NCBI RefSeq assembly: GCF_006345805.1
Contig: NC_042998.1
Coordinates: forward strand, 170,128,001 to 170,192,000
Direction: 5' to 3'
Source: Octopus sinensis
Lineage: Eukaryota
Length of the DNA stretch: 64,000 nt
Under the pieces are notes generated by a model. It ran no database searches. It had not been told where the DNA came from and was given only the letters and a program-made list of their open reading frames with translations. Made by a program: the position numbers and the translations under genes. This document shows, in pieces, positions 12,491 to 26,012 of the stretch. Position 1 is the first letter of the stretch. Every line of letters begins with the position of its first letter.

Positions 12491-13134
12491 TTACCTAACA
12501 TGTTCAGAGGAGGCATCTGTGCTAGTATGGATATGTAGTGTTGGTGAATGTTTTTGCCTAATGGAAAAGTGCTATATGCTGATTGAGTGGTACTTGTTGC
12601 ATAGGAAGACCAAGCAAGTTGCATGAAGTAGGGAAATTGGATCTGAAGATGTTGACTTTCAACAGATAAGATGACATAAGCTCAAGTTAAATTGTAATGT
12701 GTCATATGGCGGATCTGTCTGATTCCTCAAACTTAATTTTTTATTTTTTGTCTGTGTTATTGGCTGTCGAAGGAAAAGGAAAAAAGAGATCTAGCCCAAG
12801 TGTTTCAACAGAGTATACTTTATTAAAGATGCCATAGAGCATGGAAAAATGGATGTTAAAATTATAATGATGAAAAAAATAATTGTTCATATATAGAACA
12901 AAAATGTCAGACTGATATTGGCATGTCGATATATTGCATACCATAACATGCTTAATTTAGGCATATACACTTTTTAAAGTAACTTTAGATACAAGTAAAG
13001 TAAGTAATTCACTATATTTAATTCTCTGCATTTTAAATATTTAACCAATTTGAAAACATTAAATTTGCTTTCTTATTCAGCTTCTTTTCTAATTGGATAT
13101 TTTTTCTGCTTTTTAATATGTATATTGGGCTTAC

Positions 13135-13345
13135 AAGGTGGTGAGCTGGTAGAATTGCTAGCATGGTGAACTAAGTGCTTTGTGGCATTTTGCCTGTCTT
13201 TACGTTTTGAGCTCAAATTCCTCCAAGGTCAACTTTGTTTCTCCTTTTGGTGTTGATAAAATAAGTACCAGTAGAATACTGGGTCAATATAATCAACTAT
13301 CCTGTCTCCACCCCAATTTCAGGCTTTGTATTTATAGTAAAAAGG
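13135..13345 (+). mobile_element. SINE family C (Deu/Nin-domain-like)
   Basis: ggtggtgagctggtagaattgctagc...ttgagctcaaattcc..aaggtcaactttg..gataaaataagtaccag; a second partial copy lies at about 13470-13625. Confidence 0.75.
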
Positions 13346-13681
13346 AATGTGTATTATAAGCATATTAGAACAGACTCTATTTATAACATTTCATCTTAAC
13401 TCAGTATGTACTGATTCATGAAAGAACTCAAAACATTTAAATTATTATTACTATTAGTAACATTTTGTCCGACTTTCGTTCTAAGTTGAAATTCTGTTGA
13501 TATCAACTTTCCCTTTCATGCTTTTGGGTCAATAAAATAGTTCCAGTCAAGCATAGGGATCAACATAATCAACTAGACTCCGACACCATAATTACAAACC
13601 ATGTGCGTATAATAGAAAGAATTATTATTATTATTATTATTTTAAAAAGGATTGACGTAACTCTTCACAAAGGTAAACAGT

Positions 13682-13800
13682 CAAGACGAAGAGCGGGATT
13701 CGATTGTAAAATATTTTATTAGTTGAATGATATTTTGACGTATTATTGAAATATTGTTCAACTAATAAAATATCTTAGTCGAATCGCGCTCTTCATCTTG
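13682..13800. repeat. 119-bp imperfect palindrome / long hairpin
   Basis: Left arm caagacgaagagcgggattcgatt..atattttattagttgaatgatattt pairs with right arm aaatattgttcaactaataaaatat..agtcgaatcgcgctcttcatcttg. Confidence 0.92.
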
Positions 13801-14573
13801 GCTCCCATGGCTTTTATGGGTTTTTCCACGAGTAACTTTTCACGGTGCCTCCCCCTATTGGAAGTTCTTTCTAACTGTTATATTTTCCCTGTTTTCTAAT
13901 GTTTACACGGACCTTTCTTTTTCGCAAAACACTTTGTACTTTTCATCCTGTGTTTGTCCTTACATGTTTTCGATTTATATTAGCCCTTGTGGCCAATAAA
14001 AGCGGAATTAATTATTATTATTATTATTTTCATTTTTAATTGAGGTGAAAATTCTGCTTCTAATGGCGACTGAACTTTCTTCATTTGAAAGTTATGTCAT
14101 TCTCTTAAGAATATACAGCATTATTGACTAAGTTTTATTCAGAGTTTGTCTTCAGAACTGAATGTTCAGTATATCGTTGAAAGAAATGTACATAATTCAT
14201 GTTCAGAATCTTAATTTCATACCTATTCAATTAAAAATAAAATGGATTTAAAGTAAATATATAAAGTTTATGAGTAGATTTATATAGAAATGTATATTTT
14301 TAAAAATCAAATAAAAGAACATTTTCTATCAATGGTCACTGGCTGGCAGGTTAACCATTTAAAGTTGCCATTTAAAATAGTTAAAATTATTTGCTTGAGA
14401 AGGAATACTGAATATCAACTTATGTCTTTTACATCTACAGGTAAGACTTGAATAAATTGTATTGATTTCTTTGTAGGATTCTTTGCTTTGAAATATAACA
14501 GTAAAAAAAAAATTATCATTTTTTTTTTTATTTACAATATTAATATTTCTGTTTCTTGTTTTTTTTCCCCCAG

Positions 14574-14703
14574 ATAAAACTGCTCACCGCCTTACTTTGT
14601 TTTATTTATGCAATGATGTGGTGCAGAACTGTAAGAAAAAGCAAGCAAAAATCTATATGGACACTTTCAAAAATGTATTGAAGGATGCTGCATATTTTGT
14701 TAG
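14574..14703 (+). CDS. RPRD2: RPRD2 coding exon (CID domain, probably exon 2), 130 nt
   Basis: Polypyrimidine tract + CAG acceptor, donor AG|GTAAAT. Translates KTAHRLTLFYLCNDVVQNCKKKQAKIYMDTFKNVLKDAAYFV, matching the RPRD2 CID motif HRLxLFYLxNDVxQNCK. Confidence 0.95.
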
Positions 14704-14849
14704 GTAAATGTTTTTTTTGTTTTATTCAGTTTGTTGAATTTATAATTGATTGGTTGTAATTTGCTGCAAATGTGTAAATGCAATTTGCCCTGGCAGCATG
14801 GTTACAAAGTTTTTGTTAAAACAATTGTTTTGGAACTGTGCTGTCTTCC

Positions 14850-15250
14850 CAGGGCCAGATTAAGGCCCTAATTATTGAGGACCTAAGCACTTAAAAGATT
14901 TTGGTGCTCCCGTAAAAGATTATGTAATTCAGAATATAAATTTTTATTTTTCAAAACAAAACAAAACAGTAAGAGGGAAAATAAAGTTTTTTTTTTACTT
15001 TCACTTTATTTATATTTGAAAAGTTTCCTCCTACTTTTATGAATTGCAAAGTCTTTGATCAGATCCTCAAAATTAATCTTAGGTAATACATATGGATCTA
15101 TACTTAGAGATAAAGGCATTCCGAATATTATTTTAGCAAATTTAATGTGATTTCTTTAGTGCCGTAAACCAGTTACCATTTCTGTAGTGTCTCTTCCTTC
15201 CCTTATGTGCTTATTTTGCTTAATGGTTAATCCTATCACCAACTACTCAG
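14850..15250 (-). mobile_element. hAT transposon end with C-terminal transposase remnant
   Basis: Terminus cagggccagattaagg. Minus strand reads LSIDPYVLPKINFEDLIKDFAIHKSRRKLFKYK*, like the hAT dimerisation-domain C-terminus. Confidence 0.55.
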
Positions 15251-15641
15251 TTATGTAGCAGGATTGTTGTATGTTCAGCTGTCTGTAGTCCAGTTTAACG
15301 GTAGTAAAATGTGAACTCATAACTAGTTAGCAATTCATAGCTATAGTTCTTCATGTACCTGCATAGATTTTATGTTATTGGCTTAAATTGGGGCTGAGCA
15401 TGAAATGCAAGGGACGAAACTACATGGGTTTTGATCCCTAATTTGAATGGATGAATAAGGCATCAACATGTAGTTCTAATTACAATTTTATATGATATAT
15501 GATTAAACTGAAGTTTCAAGTATTAAAGGAGATGTAAGGTATTACATAACATCTAGAATAAATAAAAGTATTTTGCTTGATGCTTAATATGAACTGAATA
15601 TCTGAAGTTGGAGTATTAGAGAAATCAAGTATTCTGTACAA

Positions 15642-15971
15642 CAGTAGTTCTCAACTGAGGTCCATATTAGATTTTTGGGAATCTATGCAGCAAGATAGTA
15701 AATTGGGTAACGACAATAGCATTTTAAGGGCCCCTGAAAAAATTTAGACATACATATTACTTTGTATTGCAAGAAACATTTAAATTTCTTTCTCTAACAT
15801 TTTACATAGTTCAATCTACACAAGGGAAATAGTGAAAACCAAAATAGGTATTTTGAAAGAAATTTCTATAAAATTAGTTTTTAAACATCAACTGGCTATA
15901 TGGAGGGCTCCACCAGAATAAAATAGTAATCAAAGGGGTCCAAAGATAAAAATGGTTGAGAACTCCTTCTG
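15642..15971. mobile_element. hAT/Charlie-like MITE
   Basis: Termini cagtagttctcaac ... gttgagaactcc; a related copy starts at 29763. Confidence 0.65.
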
Positions 15972-16499
15972 TATAAGATAGGTTAATCTGAATGTATGAT
16001 GATAGAGGGGATAAAGGAGTTTTGTTTAAATAGTTGCTGACCAGAGATGATACTGACAAAGATTTTTAAATGTTAACTAAAAAGATTACAAAGGTAGAAA
16101 ATTCGACCCATGTTTGTCTGGTTAGGAACAGATAGATAGAACAAAGACAAGAAATCAGTCAGAATGCTTCAGGATTTTAATTCTATAAGAGTTTATTCAC
16201 TTAGCCCATGCCTTTTTAATAAATTATTTATCAGAGTTGAACATATTCCTGTGGGTGGAGTCAGTCTCAGTAACATAAGCCAATGAAACATTTGTTGGTT
16301 TGATAATGCTGTGAAACTACACTTCTTGGCAAATACTTCTGGTTATGTGAACAAATGTCATCACCCAACATTGTAGAACTGGAGATAATCTCAGTCACAG
16401 ACAAGTATATCGCTTTAAGACATGGAAACCTGTTTTACTATTTGCTAAACAGATAAAAACGATGAGGGTAATGCAAATGTTCTAGAATCTAGAAACTGA

Positions 16500-17080
16500 A
16501 CAAAATATGGAAGAAGAGCCTTGTTGATTTGGTGACATGATTTATTCCTATGTAAGACTATCTTCAAATAACATCAAATCATACAAAATGATGTGCTTTT
16601 GCCTTCATCTTTCTGATATTCACCTTCCTATGCTTTGCTTCCATACACTCTCTTCACATTTTCACCTCTCCTTTCAAACTGCTTTTCATCAGTATTCATT
16701 TTTTTACTACCAGTTTCAAGTTGAACCATAACGTCCTCTGTTATAGTCAACTTCTCTCTTAGATCTTTGCTCATTATCTTTCAGTTTCCAAACCTTTAGC
16801 TTTGGTTGATATTTCATCTGCTGAATTCTATCACTATCAGGCCACATCCAAGTAAATGGTGTTGGGTAACATGCAGCATTACCTTTGTCTTCTGAAAATT
16901 CCTCCTGTTACCTTCTTACCATCAAGTACTTGGCAGTTATTGTAAATCCACCTTGCAGACTTCTTTACTATACAAACTCATACTTCTGTTCTAGCCTTCT
17001 TATTATTCTTACATCACTTCCTTTCTTCCCCATTTCCTGTACCTAACACATGAGCACTCTTCTTCTAATTAATACCTGAT
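16500..17080 (-). mobile_element. Old RTE LINE fragment (end of endonuclease / linker)
   Basis: Minus frames give TQHHLL and PKLKVWKLKD, resembling the RTE 'QHRLL..KIKWWKLK' motifs; heavily decayed. Confidence 0.5.
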
Positions 17081-18214
17081 GAGATTATGAGCTGCAATGC
17101 CTTATTAGGATTTTATTGTACATTTGCATATGATAATGAATTTTGTTGATATTTAAAGAAGTCTCTTAAAATTAAAACCCTACCTCTGTATAGCTAAATG
17201 ATGCAAGTATTGGACATATAGCTTACAGAATAAGCATAATGATGTCCGAATTATAGTCAATTACGACAATTATTAATTAGTTCTCAGAACACTAGTTTTG
17301 AAAATATGAGAGGGAAGATTCTTTTAACAAATGAAAACATAGATTATTCACTAGGATTCACTTAATCTTCTGTTTGTTCTGTTTTAGAGTTTAATTTATT
17401 CCTTTCTTTATAAAACAATTTGATGTATTAAAATAGCAGAGACATTTTGAGTGCAAGTTCTGCTAAAACCTACTGTTGTAGATTTTAGCAGTATTGCATA
17501 TTTGCATATCTTAAACTTACACATCTCTTTTCTGCTTATGCTTGTATTTTTCTTCTTTTTCCTTTTTCTCTCTCTATCACATCTGACATTTTTGTTGGTT
17601 ATCATCTATTTATTAAAAATAAGCATTTTAAAATAATTATTGTTATTGTGTCTTGTACTAAAATTTTTTTAAGTGTTAAATTATTTTTATATAATTAATT
17701 TCTTTAAATACATGTATATTTAAAACATTTCTGAACTAAACAATTGTTTTCTTATTTTCTTTCCTAATGGTAACATTATTTTATTTATTCGTTGCAATAT
17801 TTTAAGATTGCTAAGCATTTTACATTTTCTCTAATTAAAATACTGTTTTACTGAGTTAGCCAAGTTAAACATATTGGTTCAATACCAGTGTATTCTATAA
17901 TTTCAATAAATTCCATTTGTAGTTCTAACAGATTTTTTTTAAAGCATTTATCACCACTTAAAAATATTATTCCTTCCATTCTTTTTCTTTATTTTTATTT
18001 TATTATTAATATTTTTTAGCTTGTTCATATATTTGTTTTGCAGTACTAAATAATGAGTCTGTGAAGTCTTACTTGATAGCACATTGCACAAAACATCTCT
18101 TCAACTGTAAAATTGTCTCACTGTGTTGATAATTTAGATTAATCACAACAGGGTTGTATTGCATTTTATCTAATGAAACCTGCTGCATTTTGTTTTCTTA
18201 TAGACGGTTATTAT

Positions 18215-18405
18215 TGTTGCTTTTAGCTTAAAGCCAGCACTGACTAAGCGTTGCTGACATGACTATCTCAGCCATTCTATTGTTTTGTGTGTTAGGAACT
18301 ATAACATATCGGGTTTTGTGTTTTGTTTTGTTTTCTTTTTTTGAAGAGGGTAAGATATGGTTGCTATTTCTAGCAGGTCAAATGACCATATAGTGTCTCC
18401 CTTGT
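18215..18405 (-). mobile_element. SINE-like repeat family F; a + strand copy lies at about 48140-48365
   Basis: ggttgctatttctagcaggtc...ctcc, with a degraded reverse-complement counterpart at 48.2-48.36 kb. Confidence 0.5.
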
Positions 18406-18435
18406 TGTGTGTGTGTGTGCGTGTGTGTGTGTGTG

Positions 18436-18733
18436 TGGAGGCACATTGCCTAGTGGTTAGAGCAGCAGACTTGTAGTCGAGAGATCGCGGGTTCGAATCT
18501 CAGACTGGGTGATGTGTGTGTTTATGAGCGAAACACCTAAGCTCCATGTGGCTCTGGCAGAAGGTAATGGCGAATGTCTGCTGACTCTTTCGCCACAACT
18601 TTCTCTCACTCTTCCCTCCTGCATCTTGCAGCTCACCTGTGACGGACTGGTGTTCCATCCAGGTTGGGAACCTATACGCCAAGGAAACCGGGAAACCAGC
18701 CCTTAAAAGCCAGGCATGTCTCAAGAAGGAACA
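18436..18733 (+). mobile_element. tRNA-derived SINE family V with (TA)n tail
   Basis: A box (tgcctagtgg) and B box (ggttcgaatc), central gacggactggtgttccatccagg, tail gaaaccgggaaaccagccct, then (TA)n 18737-18791. Confidence 0.85.
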
Positions 18734-18794
<61 letters not shown>

Positions 18795-21024
18795 TTCTGT
18801 TCTGAGATAATTCAGTTCTGTCATCATTGTTAGATTAATATCTTGTACTCATCTGATGGCATGGCTTTGCAAAACAACATACATTTCCTCTGCTCAGTTT
18901 TAACACTTTCTTTTATTTTTGGCTTTTGACATTGCTCCAAACTTTGTGACCCAAAGCAGGATTTTATGCTGATTTTAATAGGGATATTTATTTAAGCATT
19001 ACTGCTTTGATATTCATGAAATTATTTATGATTAGATAATCTGAATTGTTGCTATTTCTCTGATGCAGTCACTATTGTATTATTGTTTAGATGAAGCAAT
19101 GCTATATAAACATTCCCTTCAGAAGTGTACATTTTCATAATATTGTTGGTCTGTTTGTGAAATTGAGGTCATTAACTAGTATCTTGCTCATATTTTTGTG
19201 TGCTTAAAACCATCTTCTGAATAGTGTAACTATTGGGCCAGTTTCAATCAAAGAGGTGTGTTTCAAGGTTGGGTATTGAAAACCTTAAGTTTTCATTAAC
19301 TAGCCTTGATGTATGTTAGGAACCTCAAGCTGGTTGGTATCACATTACTCACTCACAACCAGTAAGATTGTGCAAGGATTTATTATCCTCACAGATCACA
19401 AGATAATATCGCTATCAAATGTTACAATATAAAAGTAATGTATTTGAGATATGTTCTTAAATTAATTGATTTACTACAGGATAGTGAATTTAGTCAAGTA
19501 CATTTTCAGCTTGCATTCGGATGTAGAGCTATAGATGCAGTAATTCTGCTAATATAACTGCAAGAAGAATCTGTGGTAAAGTTCTAATGAAAATAAGATA
19601 GCAAAAAAATAGTAATGATCAGGAATGCCTTTAAACTCTAAACTATTTTTCTCTTTTTAAGATATGTCTAACTTCATAAAATGTTGAATTTAGCTTAATT
19701 CATTTGTCTCAAGTTATGCTGTGCTGATAATTCCAAAGAAGGATGAAATAGTGCTATACATGGCTACCAATGATTAGAAACTTTATGAACTTCATATTGT
19801 GCAAAAGAAAAAAAAAATAAATGTATATACTCTGTAAACCTTTTTTACTCTCTGATGTATATTCAAAACTTTCAGATCTTAACTTAATCTAGAAGGGATT
19901 GTCTTGTCATGATAGCTGTCCACCAGGGGAAGACCATGTGCTCTTATGTCTATTTGTTGACTTAAGTATTGAACAATAAGAATGCATGTATGGTATGAAG
20001 GAATGACTTGAAAGAACTTCCAGGCCTTGAAGGTATCAAATGTAGGAATAAGGATACTAATGTAGAAAGTAAGGATTTACTCTACAAGTAAGCATATATC
20101 AAGTTTTAGTCCCCAGCCCATATTTGTTTATTTTAGTTCTCGAGAAAGTCAGAAAGAATTTGAAACTAAGAATTAATTTTGATATGGCTCAAACTAAAGT
20201 ACTTGTTGGCATCAGGAGGGGGTTCAGATGTGACTGAAAAATGGAGCAGTGCCAAAGAAGCAGTCAAGTATGATATGCCAAGATGAAATTGATTGGAACA
20301 TAGAACTGTCATGAGATCTCAGTCAGTCAACTATACTAAATGTACCAGCGTCGTCTTTAATTGAAGACGGTTAGCTTTTCAGGTAACATGCTGAAAGTAG
20401 CCTGTGATTTCTGAGAGTTAGATAATATAATTAGCCCTAAATGTGGTTGTAAATCATTATATGAGGGCAAGAAATGGAGAAAATTGAAGAGAATTAGGAA
20501 GCTGGAACAAAAGATATGAGTGATTGTTTGTTAAATTCTCAAGATTTATGAGTTAATTCTGGAAGGCACTGGTAGTAGAATTGGAATAAGTAAAACTGGA
20601 AGCACAACTAGTAAGCACATATTTGGAAACATCGGGTGTCACAGATGAGATGGTGTGGCAGCACCGTGACAGTATTATAAAGCTTCTTTTCCGTGTCTGT
20701 TGATGAGCATAACTGCATATTTCCTTTCATTCTATGTTGCATAATTTCCTTTGCACCACTTGGCATTCTCAGAAAGTCTAATATGCTTTTATCTAATGTC
20801 TCCCTCTGACGATTTCTACTATAAATTCTGTATGCATATATTATATTGTATATTCATGTCAATGAACCTCATTTAAATCAGTGTCTGAATAACTTCTTTA
20901 ATGAGATGAACACTGTCTCTACAAAGGTTTGTGGTACTGCAACCTTACATTTCTTTATCACAAGTTTAAAAGGCACAGGTAAAACATAACACCTAGACTT
21001 CAAATGTTTTTCTTCCTTTTATTA

Positions 21025-21570
21025 TTTTGTTTCAGTCATTTGACTGCAGCCATGCTGGAGCACCATCTTGAAGTGTTTTTGACAAACAATTAGACCCTCA
21101 GGACTTATTTTTACTAATACTTATTCTAGTTGTCTCTTTGCTGAACCACTAAGTATATATATATATATATATATATATATTCTTTTACTTGTTTCAGTCA
21201 TTTGACTGTGGCCATGCTGGAGCGCTGCTTTTAGTTGAGCAAATCGACTGCAGGACTTATTCTTTGTAAGCCTAGTACTTATTCTATCGGTCTCTTTTGT
21301 CGAATTGCTAAGTTACGGGGACATAAACACACCAGCATCGGTTGTCAAGCGATGTTGGGGGAACAAACACAGACACACATACACAAACATACATATATAT
21401 CTACATATATACGATGAGCTTCTTTCAGTTTCTGTCTACCAAATCCACTCACAAGCTTTGGTCAGCCTGAGGCTATAGTAGAAGACACTTGCCCAAGGTG
21501 CCACACAGTGGGACTGAACCTGGAACCATGTGGTTGGTAAGCAAGCTACTTACCACACAGCCACTCCTGT
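21025..21570 (-). mobile_element. SINE family A: full copy 21181-21570 plus a partial 3' copy 21025-21150, separated by (TA)n
   Basis: Reverse complement of the family A consensus from tail (cttttacttgtttcagtc) to head (ttaccacacagccac). Confidence 0.9.
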
Positions 21571-21819
21571 ACCTATGTTTTGCAAGATAATTTTTTGTCA
21601 TCCAGATTATATTTTGTTCTGTCTACATTTTTATAAAACTTTTTTTTACTGAAACTTTTTCATACAGTCATTAATTTAATTGTACCATTGAATAAGGTAC
21701 CTAACTATGCTCATTTAAGTCTATCTTGGGTTTCACTCAACAAATAAATTGTCTTGTCCTTGCAAACTTGAAAAACTGTTAAAAAAGATTTTTAAAGAAG
21801 TAATTTGGTACCTTTCATC

Positions 21820-22200
21820 TCTTATTTGTTTTAGTCACTGGACTGTGGCCATGCTGGGGCACTTCCTTGAAAGGTTTTTAGTCAAATAAATTAACCCCAG
21901 TACTTATTTTTTAAGTCAGATACTTACCCTATTGGTCTCTTTTGTCAAACTGCTAAGTTACTGGGACATAAACAAACCAACATCAGTTGTCATGTGGTGG
22001 GTGTGAATAAACACAAACACAAAGACAACAAACACATATAATGGGCTTCTACAGTTTCCATCTACCAAATTCACTCACAGAGTATTCATTGTCCCGGGGC
22101 TTTAGTAAAAGACACTTAACCCAAGGTGCTGCACTGTGGGACTGAATTTGAAACCACGTGGTTGCAAATCAAGCTTTTTAACCGTACAAATGTGTCTGTG
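21820..22200 (-). mobile_element. SINE family A, full, older
   Basis: Same modules as 21181-21570, more diverged. Confidence 0.85.
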
Positions 22201-22494
22201 ACTTGAGAACCCTGTAGAAATGAAATCTTTCCTATAATCCTTTTTTTAAATATCAAGTTAGTTTCTCTGTAATCTTTGTTTTAAATTGCTGTCAAAATAA
22301 TCCTTAGTGTATTTAAGCAAATTAAGATTAACATGTAATTGAGAATGATTATGATCATTAATACAAAAGTTAACTGAATACCATTTGCAATAGTTTGAGT
22401 AAAACAGAAATGTAAAATTTTTGGACAAGTAAATGTTTCTCAAGTCTTGCATAAGAAAAAAGAAAAACTGGAGATTGTAGAAGAGAAAGAAAAT

Positions 22495-22875
22495 CCCAAC
22501 CACATGGTTCTGAGTGTAGTCCCATTACTTGGCACCTTGGCAAGTGTCTTCTGTAAGTTCAAGGCTGAGTAAAGCCTTGTGAGTAGATTTGGTAGATGGA
22601 AACTGAAAGAAGTCCATCATATTTGTATGTATGTATGTATGCCTGGTATATTTATATCTAAGTACATGTGTGTCTTTGTTTGCCCCCCCCCCCCCAATTA
22701 CAGTTTGACAGCTGGTGTTATTCCATGAATTAGAAGTTTGACAAAGGAGACCAACAAAATAAGTACTATGCTTGAAAGAGAGGAAAAAAAAGGACTCGGG
22801 TCAATCCTTCAAATTAAAAACATTCAAAGGTGGTGCAGTCCAATGCCTGAAACAAGCAAAATTAAAAGATAAAAG
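22495..22875 (+). mobile_element. SINE family A
   Basis: cccaaccacatggttctgag...ggtagatggaaactgaaagaag...tgcctgaaacaagcaaa. Confidence 0.85.
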
Positions 22876-23974
22876 AAATCAATTCAAATTTCTGTATTAG
22901 AATATTTTTAATGAAGTTCATTGTATATATTTAAAAGAATTGTCAAGATAATTGGAAATATAGAGGTTTTCATTATTTGTTTGAATTACCAGAAAGCTTC
23001 TTGCTTAAAAATAGAATGTAAAGTTTTGATTTATATATCAATCACTTGAAAAATAAAGTAGTTTTACATGAAAGAACCAGTGACAGTCTTGGGTTTATAT
23101 CAAGAGTTAAATAGTTGTAAGTGTTGCTGAGGTATTTTGAAGATCTGTGGACTGAATGTAATACAATAAAAAGAAAAAGGAAAAGCAAACTACTAAGATG
23201 AGAAAACATAGAGAGGGAAATACTCAAATTATCCTAAAAGTTTTGTGAAGAGGATAATAAGAGGTTAAGGGAAACAGATGTAGTATTTTGCTTGTTTGAC
23301 TGGCTTAAACCAGCATGAAAATATGGCTATAAAATCATTTTTGAGGAGAGGTAGATAGGTGGCTTTGATGGTGAAAGTGATAGCTGTACTGGTTGTAGAC
23401 TGGTATTTCTTCTTGTACCATTGTTTTTGTTTTATTCAATACCATCTCTCTGACATACATTATAGTGAATAAATTTGCTTTAACAGATACCCAAGAACAA
23501 TTTAACTTGAGAATGTGTGTGTGTGTGTTTCTTCTGAATAATCTTTATAATCTTGTTAATTCTTTCAAGCTGTAACAAAGGGACAGACACAGCAGGGAAA
23601 GGGTTACCATTTTATCAGTGATTGTTTTGAAACCAGTATGAGGTTTTTTTTTTTTTATTTAGCAAAACATGAAAGACTTCAGAATGGAAAGAGAATAAAT
23701 GGAGTTTGTTATTTTATAAACATAGACATATTGTATGTCTTTTCTTTGATTGCCTCTTATTCAAGTCTTATTCAAGGCAGTTTCTTAATTTTGTTTTTCA
23801 GTTTATCAACACTTGATAATAGTTTTCAGCTATTGAAAACTTAACTATTGTAATTTGATAATTGTCTATCACATAAGTTAGGTCAAGAACGATCTTTTAA
23901 TACTGTTTTCCTTTGTGACATTTCTCCTTATTTACATAGTTCTTTTCCTCTTGGAATATTATTAATGAGTAGTT

Positions 23975-24660
23975 GACAGTACAGGAGTCTTGTCTGGGTG
24001 GTCAAGCTTCCTTGGATTTGCCCAAATTCAATCACCTCATTCACCATGATCCCACACAATACTCAGGAAGTCATTAGGGCAACACCCAATGTCCATTCAG
24101 AGCTGCCAATGAAGGATTTTGCTAGATAGAAAGTCCTTGTATATCCATGTTTGGGTGTCCATAGTAATGTATAACTAATGAGTTCTTGCTTAACACTTCA
24201 GCAGTGTCCTGAAAAAGCATGCATCTCTCTCTAATGATTGTAAGAAGACTACTATACAATCTTTGGTGAAATGCTTTTCTACAAGATATTCAAAACAACC
24301 TGTAATGTGTGAATGTAAGTTCTACCTAGTCTTGCCTCAGTGTCCAGTGAGTGTCTGCATATTGAACCAGTACAGCTGCATTGATTCCATAGTGGCATGG
24401 AAGAAATTTCTCCTAATATCACTGATGGCTTCCAGGTGACACTGAAACCTTAAGAACAACCCATGCTTTCATGAGATGAATTTTTATGTAATCTTCTTTG
24501 GATGCATTACTACTTGCTAAATATATGAATGCCTTTGCGGAGTGACTCTGCTCAACTGTAACAGATGTATTCACTGCTTGAGGCATCAATATAACAGGCC
24601 AATATATTCTAAAATCTCCTTTAACAGTTGTGTATAAATCTCTTTTCCCCTTCTCCATCA
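23975..24660 (-). mobile_element. Very old RTE (BovB-like) RT C-terminal remnant
   Basis: Minus-frame fragments AFHQR and WQL*(W), resembling LEAFHQRCLR..QLRWxGH; weak. Confidence 0.4.
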
Positions 24661-25676
24661 TATTCTGGTATGGAAAATTAACATTAATTATTAAGATTGA
24701 ATAAATTCAATTTATCTTGAAAGAATCTCAAATGAAATCAAAGTTTGGCAAATAATTTTGTTTTACCCAACCAGTGAAGATTAAATGCAAACTTCTAACA
24801 TAAAGCTCTGTTAGATCATTATCAAGAATTTCATTCAGTTTTTTAAATTTATATCATATCTGAGATCATTATATTCCTTTCTCATTTACCATTCTCATTA
24901 TTCTCTCTTCACAAACTTTAATGCTTTTTTGCCTTGTCTAAATTGATATATTAGCTAATAGAGTAATTGGGTATTTGCATGATTTTTATTTATTTATTTT
25001 CAAATGGAGCAGCAGAATTCATCATATTTGCCAATGGCCCTTCTTTAGCTAATGAAGGCAATGTTATTAATTTCAGCTTGAAAATTCTCTTGGACTGTGT
25101 GTGTGTGTAAACCTGCATAACTTCTGAAGTTCGCAACTGATTTTCTCCAAACTGGGAACATATATTATTTATGTTCCAGAGATGGTTTTAAACTCTTAAA
25201 ATTTCTGACATAATGAGTAATGGGGTCCCTCAGAGCAGAAAACCCCCTTTCTTGTGGTTTTACAACTACTGTAGAGAAGGGAGGTAACTCTGCGAAATAA
25301 CTTTCAGAAACTGATTGTCTCCTTTATGTCCAGGGTGATTAATCCACATTTGAAATGATACAAGTAGGTTGTGTTAAATGGTTAAACCAGTGTAGACTTC
25401 AAACTCCATTGTCTGTGATAGCAATAATAACCTGTTCCTGTTGTACCAATTGTAGCAATTTGTTAGAATAAAAACTGTTTGGAATGAACTATGTTTATTT
25501 TGAAAAATATGCTAAAATATGTTAAATCCTGAGCAGTTATTCAACTATTTTCTTTTAGCTTTAGTATCAAATTCTTCCTTCAAAGCATAGATGAAGCCCA
25601 TACAAATATTATTCAGCTATTGATTACAAACCGAAATATTGCATGTACATTAGCCTACTAATTTATGGGGTCTAAG

Positions 25677-26012
25677 ACCCAACCATGTTAGTTAGAGACT
25701 GTGTCCTTATTGTAACCTTGCGTGTCTGGATGCTGCATGCAAAATTAGAAGCTGAGTTGTCCTCACAATGGTCACACACTGTTTATGCGAAAGAGTGCAT
25801 GGTTGAGCCACAACTATTGATTCCCAGCCACGTCAGTAATCCAATGTCACGTGACCCAACCACATTTGTTAGAGACCATGTCCTTAATGTGACCTTGTGT
25901 ACTCCAAAGCTGCATGCAGAAATGTTTTTGTTTGGGAGTTGAGTTGTCCTCACAATGGTCACATGCTGTTTATACAGAGGAGTGCCTGGTTGAGTCACAG
26001 CTATTGATCCCA
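25677..26012. repeat. Diverged tandem duplication, about 180-bp unit x2
   Basis: gttagagac..gtcctta...gagttgtcctcacaatggtcaca..ctgtttat...ggttgag.caca.ctattgat occurs twice. Confidence 0.85.

Noticed and set aside
1-14573. RPRD2 first coding exon
   Set aside because: No segment encoding the expected CID N-terminus (..SIQxLSxW..HH..) was found; it is presumably upstream of the window.
18436-18510. tRNA-like sequence with A and B boxes
   Set aside because: It continues directly into a SINE body and lacks a proper acceptor stem, so it is a SINE head and not a tRNA gene.
19900-20700. Possible old plus-strand RTE RT remnant (INFDMAQTKVLVG)
   Set aside because: Only one short motif match, so it is not listed as a feature.
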